Origin: Planctomycetota bacterium | GTDB taxonomy: Bacteria > Planctomycetota > UBA8108 > UBA1146 | Length of the DNA stretch: 64,000 bases | Reading direction: 5' to 3' | Assembly: GCA_036338595.1 (NCBI GenBank) | Contig: JAYZBV010000100.1 | Span: 1 to 64,000, forward strand | Part shown: piece after piece, positions 19,382-29,632 of the stretch | Position numbering within the stretch: the first letter of the stretch is position 1 | How the letters are laid out: the number at the start of each line of letters is the position of its first letter | Program-made: the position numbers and the translations under genes | The notes under the pieces: model-generated | What the model saw: the letters and a program-made list of their open reading frames with translations, nothing else | Told to the model about the DNA's origin: nothing | Databases searched by the model: none

Positions 19382-20694
19382 TTCCCCGCATCGCAATAGT
19401 TGGTCGCCCCAATGTCGGAAAGTCGACCCTGCTCAATCGTCTGGCTCGAAGGATGGTCAGCATCGTGGATGACCGGCCAGGCGTCACCCGTGACCGGGTC
19501 AGTGTAGAAGTCGAAATCCTCGACAGAATGGTCGAGATCATCGATACCGGAGGAATCGGCATCACCGATGAGGTTTTGCTCGATGCAGACATTCACTATC
19601 AAATCGATGTCGCGATTGCCAGCGCGGATCTGATCCTGATGCTCGTCGATGGAAAAGATGGACTGCACTCCCTGGATGAGCAGGTGGCAATTCGTCTCAG
19701 GCCACTGGGGAAGAAGTGCCATCTGGTGGTCAACAAGTGTGAGGCGGAGCGAGAACTCGATTCGATATCGGAGTTCTGGGGATTGGGGCTGGGCGATCCA
19801 TGGCCCATTTCTGCCGAGCACGGCGATGGGGTCACCGAGTTGATGGAGAGATTCGTGCTGGATATCCCGGAAAGCGCTGAGGAGTCAGCTCCTCCGGCAC
19901 TGAAGATCTCCATCGTGGGACGAAGGAACGCCGGAAAGTCGACCTTCATCAATGCTCTGATCGGTGAGGAGCGTGTGATCGTCAGCGATATCGCGGGCAC
20001 GACAAGGGATGCTGTCGATGTCCGTTTTGAAAAGGACGGCAAGCCATTCGTTGCCATCGACACGGCAGGAATGCTGCGCAGGGGAAAACTGAAGGACTCG
20101 GTGGAGTTCTATGCACAGGCCAGGACACTCGCAGCGATTGGCCGATGCGATGTTGTGATCCTTCTGATAGACGCAGTCCACGGTGTTTCTCAACTGGATA
20201 TGAGAATCGCTCGAGATGTGATGAATCGTCATAGGCCCTGTGTACTTGCGGTCAACAAGTGGGACCTCGCCAAGGATCGTACGACGATGGAGGAATACGA
20301 GAAGTACCTGGGATTGAAACTGCCAGGGATCAACTTTGCTCCGGTACTCTTCATGACAGCCAAGGATGGGCGGAATGTGACCCGGTGCATCTCGCTCGTC
20401 CAGTCACTTGCGAAACAGGCCAATGTCAGGGTCGGGACCGGTATCCTGAATCGGGCGATCGATGAGATTCGAAAGGGTCCCAGACCCAGGGTGAAGCACG
20501 GCAAGGAACCGAAAATCTACTACGCTACCCAGGTTGGTGTGATGCCTCCGACCATCGCCATGTTCGTGAACAAGCCTGAGTATTTCACTCCTCAACTGAA
20601 GCGAGCAGTAGAAAACCGCCTTCGAGAATCACTCGAGGTCCCGGAGGTGCCGATACGAATCTTCTACCGGGAGAAAGGCAAGAAGGATGAGTGA
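19378..20694 (+). CDS. der: Ribosome biogenesis GTPase Der (EngA)
   Basis: Two GTPase domains (GRPNVGKS/DTGG/NKCE and GRRNAGKS/DTAG/NKWD) plus a KH-like C-terminus. Confidence 0.97.
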   Translation: MIPRIAIVGRPNVGKSTLLNRLARRMVSIVDDRPGVTRDRVSVEVEILDRMVEIIDTGGIGITDEVLLDADIHYQIDVAIASADLILMLVDGKDGLHSLDEQVAIRLRPLGKKCHLVVNKCEAERELDSISEFWGLGLGDPWPISAEHGDGVTELMERFVLDIPESAEESAPPALKISIVGRRNAGKSTFINALIGEERVIVSDIAGTTRDAVDVRFEKDGKPFVAIDTAGMLRRGKLKDSVEFYAQARTLAAIGRCDVVILLIDAVHGVSQLDMRIARDVMNRHRPCVLAVNKWDLAKDRTTMEEYEKYLGLKLPGINFAPVLFMTAKDGRNVTRCISLVQSLAKQANVRVGTGILNRAIDEIRKGPRPRVKHGKEPKIYYATQVGVMPPTIAMFVNKPEYFTPQLKRAVENRLRESLEVPEVPIRIFYREKGKKDE

Positions 20695-21247
20695 CTCCAG
20701 GACGATTCGCATCCTTGGGATCGACCCCGGCCTTTCCAAGATGGGCTGGGGGATTGTCGATGTGGACGGCCACGATCTTTCCCTGGTCGAGTTCGGGTCG
20801 CTGAAGACCTCGACCGATCTGCCTCATTCTCAACGACTGCTCGAGATCCATCAGGAGATCAAACGAGCCATCTCGATGCACTCCCCGGATATCGCAGCGG
20901 TTGAGGATGTATTTTACGGAAAAAATGCTCGCAGTGCGTTGCTGGCGGGAGAGGGGCGAGCGGTGTGTATCCTGGCCTGCTCCCTGGTGCAGTTGAGTGT
21001 GGTCGAACTCTCCGCCTCTGCGGTGAAACAGGGCGTGACCGGCAGTGGAAGGGCGAGCAAGCAGCAGGTGCAGGCGATGGTGCAGAGGATACTGGGACTC
21101 GATGAGGCACCCAGGCCAGCCGATGCTGCGGACGCTCTGGCCGTTGCGATCGTCATGGCTCAGCGAAATAGGTCCAGGTTGGTGTTCTCGCAGGACGGGA
21201 CCGGTGGCGATTCCAGTGGTCCCCGGCTAGACTCACGCCCTGAGTGA
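20687..21247 (+). CDS. ruvC: Holliday junction resolvase RuvC
   Basis: ILGIDPG, AVEDVF, VKQGVTGSGRASKQQV and DAADALAVA. Confidence 0.96.
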   Translation: MSDSRTIRILGIDPGLSKMGWGIVDVDGHDLSLVEFGSLKTSTDLPHSQRLLEIHQEIKRAISMHSPDIAAVEDVFYGKNARSALLAGEGRAVCILACSLVQLSVVELSASAVKQGVTGSGRASKQQVQAMVQRILGLDEAPRPADAADALAVAIVMAQRNRSRLVFSQDGTGGDSSGPRLDSRPE

Positions 21248-21334
21248 TGGCGGGCAGTCTCCCGTCACCTGCCGGAGAGGAAGTCGTCGACTTCCCCCGA
21301 TTTGAGGATCAATTACGACAGTGAGAGGACGCGG

Positions 21335-21553
21335 ATGGCCAAGGAGGAACCGATCGAGGTCACGGCGATCGTCAAGGAGGCGTTGCCGAATACGACCTTT
21401 CGGTGTGAGTTAGAGAACGGCCATATCGTTCTGGCCCACATCAGCGGAAAGATGCGTAAGCACTATATTCGTATCAATCCGGGAGATAGCGTCACGCTGC
21501 AAATCTCGCCTTATGATCTGACCAAGGGTCGCATCGTCTACAGGGAAAGATGA
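21335..21553 (+). CDS. infA: Translation initiation factor IF-1
   Basis: MAKEEPIEV...[32 protein letters not shown]...[21 protein letters not shown]. Confidence 0.98.
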   Translation: MAKEEPIEVTAIVKEALPNTTFRCELENGHIVLAHISGKMRKHYIRINPGDSVTLQISPYDLTKGRIVYRER

Positions 21554-23187
21554 TCGTCTTGGCACCATTTCCACGTACCCGAAGCTTCCAAGGACATGGT
21601 GATTCCCGCGTCATTTCCCTGACTCGATCCATCTGGATGCTGGTACTCGGGATTCTAATTCCAGTGTTGCTGGCACCACTCGTCGAGGCTCAGGGGATTT
21701 CTCCTGGCAGTCGGAGAGACAGGAGTGCACGCCTCTCGCCCGATGTAAAACACGCCGCTCGCTCCATCACGAGCCGCGAAGCGATGGAACATGTTCGTTG
21801 GCTCGCAGACGATCTCCGTGAAGGGCGGCTGGCAGGTACCGCAGGATGCCGGGATTCCGCAGATTACATCGCAAACAAGTTCGAAGAGATAGGCGTACTG
21901 CCGGCAGGTGATGATGGCACCTGGTTTCACAATTTCATCATCCCGGGACGAGACGGACTTCGCGGGGAGGTTGAAAAAGGCAACAGGATCAAACTTCTGG
22001 TCTCCGAAAAGGCGACCCACGAGATCGTACTGAAGTTCCGTGAAGAGTTCTTACCTCATCCTCGTTGCCCGGATGCTGAGATCTCTTCGCTGTGTGCTTT
22101 CATGCTGGAGCCTATGCAGTTCATCGGTGATCTGGAACGCGACCCGCTGAAGGAACGGCTGGTGATGCTTCCAGTCGATGAGCCGATCTCACCGGAGGTG
22201 CTGGAGGCGACGTGCAAGGATATTCACGAGCGTGGGGGCATTGGATTGCTGCTCATCGGCGAAGCTTGCCGACCGTCACCCTCCGAGGTATGGCCTCCTG
22301 AAGACGCCACGGAGCTGTTGCCGATTCCCGTGATCCGGATCCACGGCGAGGGCATAAAGAAGATCTGGAAGATCTCTGGAAGGCCGCTTCGCTCGTGGAA
22401 GCGACAGTCATCGGATGACGGCGCGATTGTCATGGGAAAGCCTCGTTTCATCATGGAAGTCAACCGCGATGGCCGAGACCTCAGCCTCGGTCGCAATGTG
22501 GTGGGTCAACTACTGGGTACCGATCCAGATCTGAGACATGAATCGATCGTCATCGGTGCTCATTACGATCACGTCGGTCGAGGAAGGTCTCCAGGACTGT
22601 CTCTCGGAGGAGAGCCGGGAGAGATTCACAATGGAGCCGATGATAACGCTTCAGGTGTTGCAGCATTGCTGGAACTGGCCGAGGCCTATGCTCTCAATCG
22701 ACTGCGCACCAAACGATCGATTCTGTTTGTCGCATTCGATGCGGAAGAACTGGGCCTGCATGGCTCCAATGCGTTCGTCGCAGACAGCGGACACGAGTCA
22801 ACCGAGATGGCAGGAATGGTGAACATGGACATGATCTCCAGAAATGCCATGCGGGTGGTCAAGGTGGGGCGCAGGGCTTCCGATGAAGATCTGGGTCAGA
22901 TCATCTATGAGATGGCCAAATTGCTGGAGCTTCAAATCGATGAGACTGGAATGGACGCTGTCCTGAACCGTTCTGATCAGGCACCGTTTCTGCGAGCAGG
23001 AGTGCCATCTGTCTTTTTCTTCGGCGGCTTCCATGAGGATTATCACACTCCCTCCGACGATATTGAGGATATGGTGCCTCGCAAACTGGAGAATGTCGCG
23101 CGCCTCGCATTCTTGACCTCCTGGGGGCTGTCACAACTTCCTCCTCGAGGCGATGATGGATCTGAATCCGCGGACAGCGACGACTGA
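21550..23187 (+). CDS. Secreted M28 family metallopeptidase with PA-like insertion
   Basis: [31 protein letters not shown] and YHTPSD; signal-like hydrophobic segment; true start may lie downstream. Confidence 0.9.
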   Translation: MIVLAPFPRTRSFQGHGDSRVISLTRSIWMLVLGILIPVLLAPLVEAQGISPGSRRDRSARLSPDVKHAARSITSREAMEHVRWLADDLREGRLAGTAGCRDSADYIANKFEEIGVLPAGDDGTWFHNFIIPGRDGLRGEVEKGNRIKLLVSEKATHEIVLKFREEFLPHPRCPDAEISSLCAFMLEPMQFIGDLERDPLKERLVMLPVDEPISPEVLEATCKDIHERGGIGLLLIGEACRPSPSEVWPPEDATELLPIPVIRIHGEGIKKIWKISGRPLRSWKRQSSDDGAIVMGKPRFIMEVNRDGRDLSLGRNVVGQLLGTDPDLRHESIVIGAHYDHVGRGRSPGLSLGGEPGEIHNGADDNASGVAALLELAEAYALNRLRTKRSILFVAFDAEELGLHGSNAFVADSGHESTEMAGMVNMDMISRNAMRVVKVGRRASDEDLGQIIYEMAKLLELQIDETGMDAVLNRSDQAPFLRAGVPSVFFFGGFHEDYHTPSDDIEDMVPRKLENVARLAFLTSWGLSQLPPRGDDGSESADSDD

Positions 23188-23318
23188 GGTCGATTTCTGG
23201 CCCGAGTCTCTGTTGCCGTGGTCAAGGCACGAGGTGCTGGCTTCCCGGAACTCACCGGTGGCCATCGAATCCGAACGGATGAGCAGCGTGCTCCTGGTCG
23301 CCACGAAGGTCACTGATA

Positions 23319-25268
23319 CTACTGATCCTCGCCGTTCGGATCCGTGGCTCCACCTCGGATGGCCTCGACGATATCGGCGTTGGCGAGGGTGGTCACATCC
23401 CCCAGTTTTCGCCGTTCCGAGATGTCCCTCAGCAGCCTCCTCATGATCTTACCCGAGCGTGTCTTTGGAAGATCTGGAGTGAATACGATACTTGCAGGTT
23501 TGGCGATGGGACCGATCTTGTTGGCCACATGCTTTCTCAGTTCAACGATCAACTCGTCGTGTCCCACTTCTGAACCGCGTAGCACAACGAAGGCGGCGAT
23601 CGCCTGCCCGGTTCTGTCATCCGCGCGGCCGACCACTGCGGCCTCTGCAACGGCAGCATGATCCACCAGGGCACTTTCGACCTCGGTGGTGGAGATGTTG
23701 TGGCCCGAGATCAGCATCACATCATCGACTCGGCCGAGTAGCCACAGGTAGCCGTCCTCGTCTATCTTGCAACCATCTCCAGGAAAGTAGATGCCCTCGA
23801 AACGGCTCCAGTAAACTTCCCTGTAGCGTTCGGGATCGCCATGAATCCCCCTCAGCATCGATGGCCATGGCGAATCGATGACGAGCAATCCACCGTGGCC
23901 CCGTTCGACTCGATTGCCTTCATCGTCAACCACATGGGCATCGATTCCAGGATAGGGTGTCGTCGCAGAGCCAGGTTTGGTCGTCGTGATCCCCGGAAGG
24001 GGGGTGATCATGATCGCGCCAGTCTCCGTTTGCCACCAGGTGTCGACGATGGGGCATTTCTGCTGGCCGATGTGTTCGTGGTACCACATCCACGCCTCTG
24101 GATTGATCGGTTCTCCGACCGATCCGAGCAGCCTGAGGCTTGTCAGATCACAGCCGCCAGGGAGAGAATCTCCCCACTTCATGAAAGTTCGAATCGCAGT
24201 CGGGGCCGTGTAGAGAATCGTCACTCCATACTTTTCGATCAACTTCCACCATCGGTCTTGCTGCGGATGATCCGGGGTCCCCTCATAGATCAGGCTGGTT
24301 GCGTTGTTGGCGAGAGGTCCGTAAACGATGTAGGAGTGTCCTGTGACCCAACCACAGTCTGCAGTACACCAGTAGAGGTCATCGTTCTTGATATCGAAGA
24401 CATTTCTGAAGGTGGAACTGACTCCTGTCAGATAGCCACCACAGGTATGTACAATTCCCTTCGGCTTGCCGGTGCTGCCTGATGTGTAGAGGATGAACAG
24501 CAGGTCTTCTGCCTCCATCTCCTCCGGTTCGCAGGTGTCAGACATCTCCGGGACCACTTCATGCCACCAATGATCGCGACCTTCTTGCCAATCGACCTGG
24601 TTTTCGCCACGGCGCAGGACCAGCACATTTTTTACGGTCTGCTGACCGATGAGAGAATCGTCAACATTTTTCTTGAGGGGGAATACACTGCCTCGTCTCC
24701 AGGAACCATCCTGTGTGATGACCGCCTTGCACGCGCAGTCATCGATTCGTTCCCGCAAGCTGTCGGCGCTGAATCCACCGAAAACTACCGAGTGAGCAGC
24801 TCCGATTCTGGCGCATGCGAGCATCGCCACGACGATTTCCGGCACCATTCCCATGTAGATCGCTACGGTGTCTCCCTTGCCGACTTCCATCTTCTTGAGA
24901 GCATTGGCGGTGCGGCAAACCTCTGCCAGCAACTCGCCGTAGGTGATGGAGCGGGAGTCGCCCGGTTCGCCCTCCCAGTGAAAGGCGACCCGATCCGGAT
25001 TGGTTGCGACATGGCGATCGAGACAGGACTCGGTGACGTTGAGGGTGCCGCCCACGAACCAGCGGTAAAATGGTGCCTCGCTGTCATCGAGCACCTGGGT
25101 CCAGGGTCGTTTCCACTGCAGTTTCTTCGCTTCCTCGACCCAGAAAGCCTGGGGATCCGCAGCAGCTTCCTGGTGGATCTGAGGCTGAGCATTTGCCTGA
25201 CTTGCCAGAGCCTCAGGTGGCGGGAATGAGCGTCCCTCCTGGAACAAGTTTTCGATCGTTTCAGACAT
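23319..25268 (-). CDS. acs: Acetate--CoA ligase (AMP-forming acetyl-CoA synthetase)
   Basis: YTSGSTGKPKG, WCTADCGWVTGHSY, DTWWQTETG and LPKTRSGKIMRR (acetylation Lys); AAGGAG RBS. Confidence 0.98.
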   Translation of the reverse strand: MSETIENLFQEGRSFPPPEALASQANAQPQIHQEAAADPQAFWVEEAKKLQWKRPWTQVLDDSEAPFYRWFVGGTLNVTESCLDRHVATNPDRVAFHWEGEPGDSRSITYGELLAEVCRTANALKKMEVGKGDTVAIYMGMVPEIVVAMLACARIGAAHSVVFGGFSADSLRERIDDCACKAVITQDGSWRRGSVFPLKKNVDDSLIGQQTVKNVLVLRRGENQVDWQEGRDHWWHEVVPEMSDTCEPEEMEAEDLLFILYTSGSTGKPKGIVHTCGGYLTGVSSTFRNVFDIKNDDLYWCTADCGWVTGHSYIVYGPLANNATSLIYEGTPDHPQQDRWWKLIEKYGVTILYTAPTAIRTFMKWGDSLPGGCDLTSLRLLGSVGEPINPEAWMWYHEHIGQQKCPIVDTWWQTETGAIMITPLPGITTTKPGSATTPYPGIDAHVVDDEGNRVERGHGGLLVIDSPWPSMLRGIHGDPERYREVYWSRFEGIYFPGDGCKIDEDGYLWLLGRVDDVMLISGHNISTTEVESALVDHAAVAEAAVVGRADDRTGQAIAAFVVLRGSEVGHDELIVELRKHVANKIGPIAKPASIVFTPDLPKTRSGKIMRRLLRDISERRKLGDVTTLANADIVEAIRGGATDPNGEDQ

Positions 25269-25369
25269 TCAGGGCTCCTTATTGTTGAGTAAATCCGGCC
25301 CGGGAGACTTTGAGGATACCGGGCCTTCAATATCGGATCGAGGGGGTTAGTTTCCCCAAGTCTACTTCC

Positions 25370-25378
25370 TGTTAGAAT
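25370..25378 (+). promoter_or_regulatory. Possible extended -10 promoter element for the 25440 gene
   Basis: TGnTAGAAT (TGTTAGAAT) in the divergent intergenic region between acs and the 25440 gene. Confidence 0.35.
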
Positions 25379-25439
25379 CAGCCGTGTCAGGAATCAATGA
25401 GATCCTGAATGGTCTGGAATAATCGAGAGAGAGGCCCCG

Positions 25440-27899
25440 ATGGGTCGTGTCTTACGACGCGTTGCCCGTGCCATCGTCCTCTTACAGATGGCAACCGTTT
25501 GCTGGCTCACTACCGGTCAGGTGGTTTCGTCGGCTGCTGAGCCGCTGGTTACTGCCGTGGCACATCCATCTCTGACTGCTCTGGGTGCCAAGGAGTTCGT
25601 CCGAAAGGGAGTCCCGCAAGGCATCTTTGCTCCGGATGGGGGGTGGACCGCCAAGGATGGGAAGTACACCGGGTCGGGTAAGAACTGCATCGCGTACGCC
25701 GATCATTCTCTCGGCGTGGGTAATTTTGATATCGAAGTCAAACTGACCCTGCGCAAGGTGGGAGCCAACTATGCTGGCATCCAGTTTGGTGGCGGACGCC
25801 TCGTGCTCGGTGGCGATGGCGGCAAACTGGTCTTCAGGGGATTGCCGAAGCCGGATCACCGGGTGGATCTCGGCCCACTCTCCGACCGGGTCCAGAAGGA
25901 CGAGATCATTCAGGTGCGCATCCGGCGCCGAGGTACCAACTTGCTGATCTTCATCGATGGAAAACGGCTGCATAGTGTCAAGGGGGTCGGGGGTCCCATC
26001 GGAGAGTTCGGAGTGATAGCCGGGGATGGCCCTGTCGATGTCATTTCGTTTCGAGCCTCGGGAAATTTGCAGTCGAGCGGACGCAAGCAACGGATCAACA
26101 GGGAATCCTTGAAGTCCCTGAGTCGCGATGAACGCATCACCCGGAGCATAGAAGGTGGCATCGACTTCATCCTGGATAAAGCGCTGGAGAATCCTGCAGG
26201 AGTCAGTCCTTCTCGCCCGGAAGCGATTCCTGGCGCTCGCGCTCTGGAAGCCTATGCCCTGATCGTGGCTGGAGTCGATGTTGACCATCCAGTAGTCCGA
26301 TCTCACCTCGAGGCCTGCGCCAGGGCTATGCCGACACAGCGACGCATTTACGATGTGTCTTGCTGGAGTTTTGCGCTAGATGCTGCGATCTCCCAGGCGG
26401 AGCAAGACGCATTATTGATCGAGCCGGGTCTGGTGGATCTCCAGCTGTTGAGGCTGGCCAGGGATCATAGAAACAATTTGAAAATCGCCAGCGATATCAT
26501 CCTCTCTGCACAGAACTCCACCGGCGGTTGGCGATATCTTCACAGTGCAACCGATGCAGACACCTCCGTGACGCAGTTTGCTTCGCTGGCTGTCGGAGTT
26601 TTCGCTCGTCGAGGCATCGAGATCTCCGATGAGTGCTGGCAAGGGATGGTCAACTACTGTCTTTCGCGGCAGATGCCAACCGGTGGAGAGGTGAAACCGA
26701 AAATCGTACTGGAACCTGAAAGAGAGATTCGAAGAAGGAGGGGTGATCCGCGCGAAGGGACAACCGTTGCCGAGCCTGTAGATATGGCGAGGCCGCTCAC
26801 TGCACAGGAGATGCAGACCGCATGGAAGCGGGGTTTTCACTACGCAGATAAAGATCCCAAATCGGGAAACTGGAACATGTCATGTGCAGGTGTCTCCTCC
26901 TTGCTTGTCGCTTACAGATTTGGCAAGCAGACGCTCTCGGCGGAGCTTCGTCAGAAGGTTCGTGACTCGCTTCGAGACGGAGTCGCCTGGATCGAGGCGG
27001 ACTGGAAGCCTCACCATAATTTCTACGGCATGTATAGCCTCGAAAAGGTCGGGGATCTGGGCGAGATCCGCAGTTTTGGCGAGCACACCTGGTACCCGGA
27101 GATGAGCGACTACCTCCTCGATAGACAGCAAAATGAAGGCTCCTGGGGCAAGGGGAGCGGCTCCTACCATGGAGAGTCGGATCGGCTCAATACGTCGTTT
27201 GCTCTGCTGATCCTCAAACGCGCCAGCGCGCTGCTGACGCGCGGTCCTCGCGATGTTGTCATTTACACGGGTGGTGACAGTTCCGATCCGGAATCGCAAG
27301 ATGAATGGGTGCTGATCCCGCGACTGGGCACCTCCGTCCATCTCCCGAGCCTGGTCCGAACGTTGCGACTACGACCGCGACCTCAGATGCTGAAGATCTT
27401 CGAGGAGATGGTCGAGTCGCTTCCCGCCTGGAAGCGTCCAACGGTGGTTCCCTATCTCGCTCTGGTCAGAGAGCGTGCCATCAGCCGCGGGGTCAGACAA
27501 ATCATGGAGCGATGCGAGGAACATATTCGTCCCAGCGGCTTCGAGGATCCCGACCACATGGCCTCCTGGTATCAGACCTGGCATCGCGCTCGAGAGATCG
27601 GTATCGATCAACTGCCTGAAGCTGGCGATGAGTTGATCGGAATCGCCAAGGCTGCTGCCGGCGACCCGGTGCTTCGCGAGACTGCCATCCGATCTGCGCT
27701 CCAGCTCGGATTGACGCAATCCGCGCTGCTGATGGTCGAGGACCTCGCATCTCCACATCGAGACCTGAGGCTTCTCGGATACCAGGGGATCCGATCCCTC
27801 TTCGCCGACACGCCTCCCGAGTTCGATCCCGATGGTGATAAAAAGGACAGGGAAGAGCAGATCGACAAGGTCCGCAGTTGGGTCAATTCTCGTCTGTAG
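25440..27899 (+). CDS. Uncharacterised exported protein: beta-sandwich (ConA/DUF1080-like) + alpha/alpha-toroid (prenyltransferase/squalene-cyclase-repeat-like) + HEAT-like tail
   Basis: Signal-peptide-like N-terminus; QW-like repeats AQNSTGGWRY and RQQNEGSW; DTSVTQFASLA, MSCAGVSSL, YGMYSLEKVG and TSFALLIL. Confidence 0.65.
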   Translation: MGRVLRRVARAIVLLQMATVCWLTTGQVVSSAAEPLVTAVAHPSLTALGAKEFVRKGVPQGIFAPDGGWTAKDGKYTGSGKNCIAYADHSLGVGNFDIEVKLTLRKVGANYAGIQFGGGRLVLGGDGGKLVFRGLPKPDHRVDLGPLSDRVQKDEIIQVRIRRRGTNLLIFIDGKRLHSVKGVGGPIGEFGVIAGDGPVDVISFRASGNLQSSGRKQRINRESLKSLSRDERITRSIEGGIDFILDKALENPAGVSPSRPEAIPGARALEAYALIVAGVDVDHPVVRSHLEACARAMPTQRRIYDVSCWSFALDAAISQAEQDALLIEPGLVDLQLLRLARDHRNNLKIASDIILSAQNSTGGWRYLHSATDADTSVTQFASLAVGVFARRGIEISDECWQGMVNYCLSRQMPTGGEVKPKIVLEPEREIRRRRGDPREGTTVAEPVDMARPLTAQEMQTAWKRGFHYADKDPKSGNWNMSCAGVSSLLVAYRFGKQTLSAELRQKVRDSLRDGVAWIEADWKPHHNFYGMYSLEKVGDLGEIRSFGEHTWYPEMSDYLLDRQQNEGSWGKGSGSYHGESDRLNTSFALLILKRASALLTRGPRDVVIYTGGDSSDPESQDEWVLIPRLGTSVHLPSLVRTLRLRPRPQMLKIFEEMVESLPAWKRPTVVPYLALVRERAISRGVRQIMERCEEHIRPSGFEDPDHMASWYQTWHRAREIGIDQLPEAGDELIGIAKAAAGDPVLRETAIRSALQLGLTQSALLMVEDLASPHRDLRLLGYQGIRSLFADTPPEFDPDGDKKDREEQIDKVRSWVNSRL

Positions 27900-28117
27900 G
27901 TCCCTGCCGCGCTCAATGGGTGCGGACTCTCTTCAGATCTCCGTGAGAATTTGAGATGTCTCTGCGGATCGTAGCCGCAGCAATTTATTGGCGGTTGTTA
28001 TCAGAGTGACTCGATGAGGGGAATCACGCCAGTTACCATCGGGCCCTGATCTGACCGATGCCCTTGCCTGAAGAGGGCGGGCAGAATTGACCACCAGGGA
28101 AGCGGAAAGGGGCCACC

Positions 28118-29590
28118 ATGCCCACCCAGGAGACTCGTCAGGGAATCGAGTATCGCGTCAAGGATCTGAACCTCGCAAACTTTGGTCGCCAGGAGATCCG
28201 GCTCGCCGAACAGGAGATGCCTGGCCTGATGAGCCTCCGTGAGGAGTACCGAGGCAAGAGTCCACTCGCCGGTGCCCGCATCTCTGGATCGCTTCACATG
28301 ACGATCCAGACCGCAGTTCTGATCGAGACACTCGTAGATCTCGGAGCAGAAGTACGGTGGGCTTCCTGCAACATCTTTTCGACCCAGGACCATGCCGCTG
28401 CTGCAGTGGTGGTCGGACCGGAAGGCAGCATCGAGGAGCCAAAGGGCATCCCGGTGTTTGCATGGATGGGGGAGAGCCTCGAGGAATACTGGGAATGTAC
28501 GGTTGCGGCGATGACATGGCCGGATGGTCCTCCCAACATGATTCTCGATGACGGCGGCGACGCCACGATGCTGGTCCTGAAGGGACGCGAGTTCGAGCAG
28601 TCGGGTGTGGTCCCCGAGTTCATGGCCGGTGATCCTGAGGAGTGGAAGTATGTCCTGGATCTGATGCACGTCAGCCTCCGGGATACTCCGGGCAAATGGA
28701 GCGCGATAGCGGATAACATCCGTGGAGTGACAGAGGAAACCACTACCGGTGTGCACCGGCTTTACCAGCTGGAAGAATCAGGAGCATTGCTTTTTCCGGC
28801 GATGAATGTCAACGACTCCGTCACCAAGAGCAAGTTTGACAACCTCTATGGCTGCCGCCACTCGGTGGTCGATGGACTCTGCAGAGCCACGGATGTGATG
28901 TTGAGCGGTAAGATCTGTGTCGTACTTGGATTCGGCGATGTCGGCAAGGGCTGCGCTCAGGCGTTGCGAGGTCAAGGTGCCAGGGTCGTTGTCACCGAGA
29001 TAGACCCGATCTGTGCGCTTCAGGCTGCGATGGAAGGCTACCAGGTAGTTCGCCTGGAGGATGTGGTCTCCGACGGAGACATATTTGTCACCACCACAGG
29101 TAATCGTGACATCATCTGCGTTGCAGATATGCAGAAGATGAAGAACAACGCCATCGTTTCCAACATCGGTCATTTCGACAACGAGATCGACATGGCAGGG
29201 CTTGCCGCTGTCGAGGGAATCACCTGCGAAAACCTGAAGAACCCCGAGCAACACCAGAACCAGGTCGACGTCTGGAAATTCCCGCAGGGCCATTCGATCA
29301 TCGTGCTGGCAGAAGGTCGTCTGATGAATCTGGGTTGCGCCACAGGGCACCCATCCTTCGTGATGAGTGCGTCTTTTACAAATCAGGTGATGGCGCAGAT
29401 CGAGTTGTTTCAGGATTCAGGGAAATACGCAAACAAGGTCTATGTGTTGCCGAAGACCCTCGATGAAAAAGTGGCCCGATTGCATCTGGCCAAACTCGGG
29501 GTCCGGCTCACCGAGTTGACGGATGTCCAGTCGAATTACCTGGGGATCGCCAAGCAGGGACCGTACAAAGCGGACCATTATCGCTACTGA
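28118..29590 (+). CDS. ahcY: Adenosylhomocysteinase (SAH hydrolase)
   Basis: [46 protein letters not shown] and GHPSFVMS; C-terminal HYRY. Confidence 0.98.
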   Translation: MPTQETRQGIEYRVKDLNLANFGRQEIRLAEQEMPGLMSLREEYRGKSPLAGARISGSLHMTIQTAVLIETLVDLGAEVRWASCNIFSTQDHAAAAVVVGPEGSIEEPKGIPVFAWMGESLEEYWECTVAAMTWPDGPPNMILDDGGDATMLVLKGREFEQSGVVPEFMAGDPEEWKYVLDLMHVSLRDTPGKWSAIADNIRGVTEETTTGVHRLYQLEESGALLFPAMNVNDSVTKSKFDNLYGCRHSVVDGLCRATDVMLSGKICVVLGFGDVGKGCAQALRGQGARVVVTEIDPICALQAAMEGYQVVRLEDVVSDGDIFVTTTGNRDIICVADMQKMKNNAIVSNIGHFDNEIDMAGLAAVEGITCENLKNPEQHQNQVDVWKFPQGHSIIVLAEGRLMNLGCATGHPSFVMSASFTNQVMAQIELFQDSGKYANKVYVLPKTLDEKVARLHLAKLGVRLTELTDVQSNYLGIAKQGPYKADHYRY

Positions 29591-29632
29591 TGGAGTCCAG
29601 CGAGTCGTTCTTGGCTGTCGAACGGCATCGAT

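Noticed and set aside
27900..28117. Canonical SAH, SAM-I or SAM-SAH riboswitch upstream of ahcY
   Set aside because: TTATCAGAG resembles a SAM-I start, but GCAACC, GGTGC and the closing GAT(A/G)A are missing; the SAH consensus is absent. Kept only as an unclassified candidate leader.
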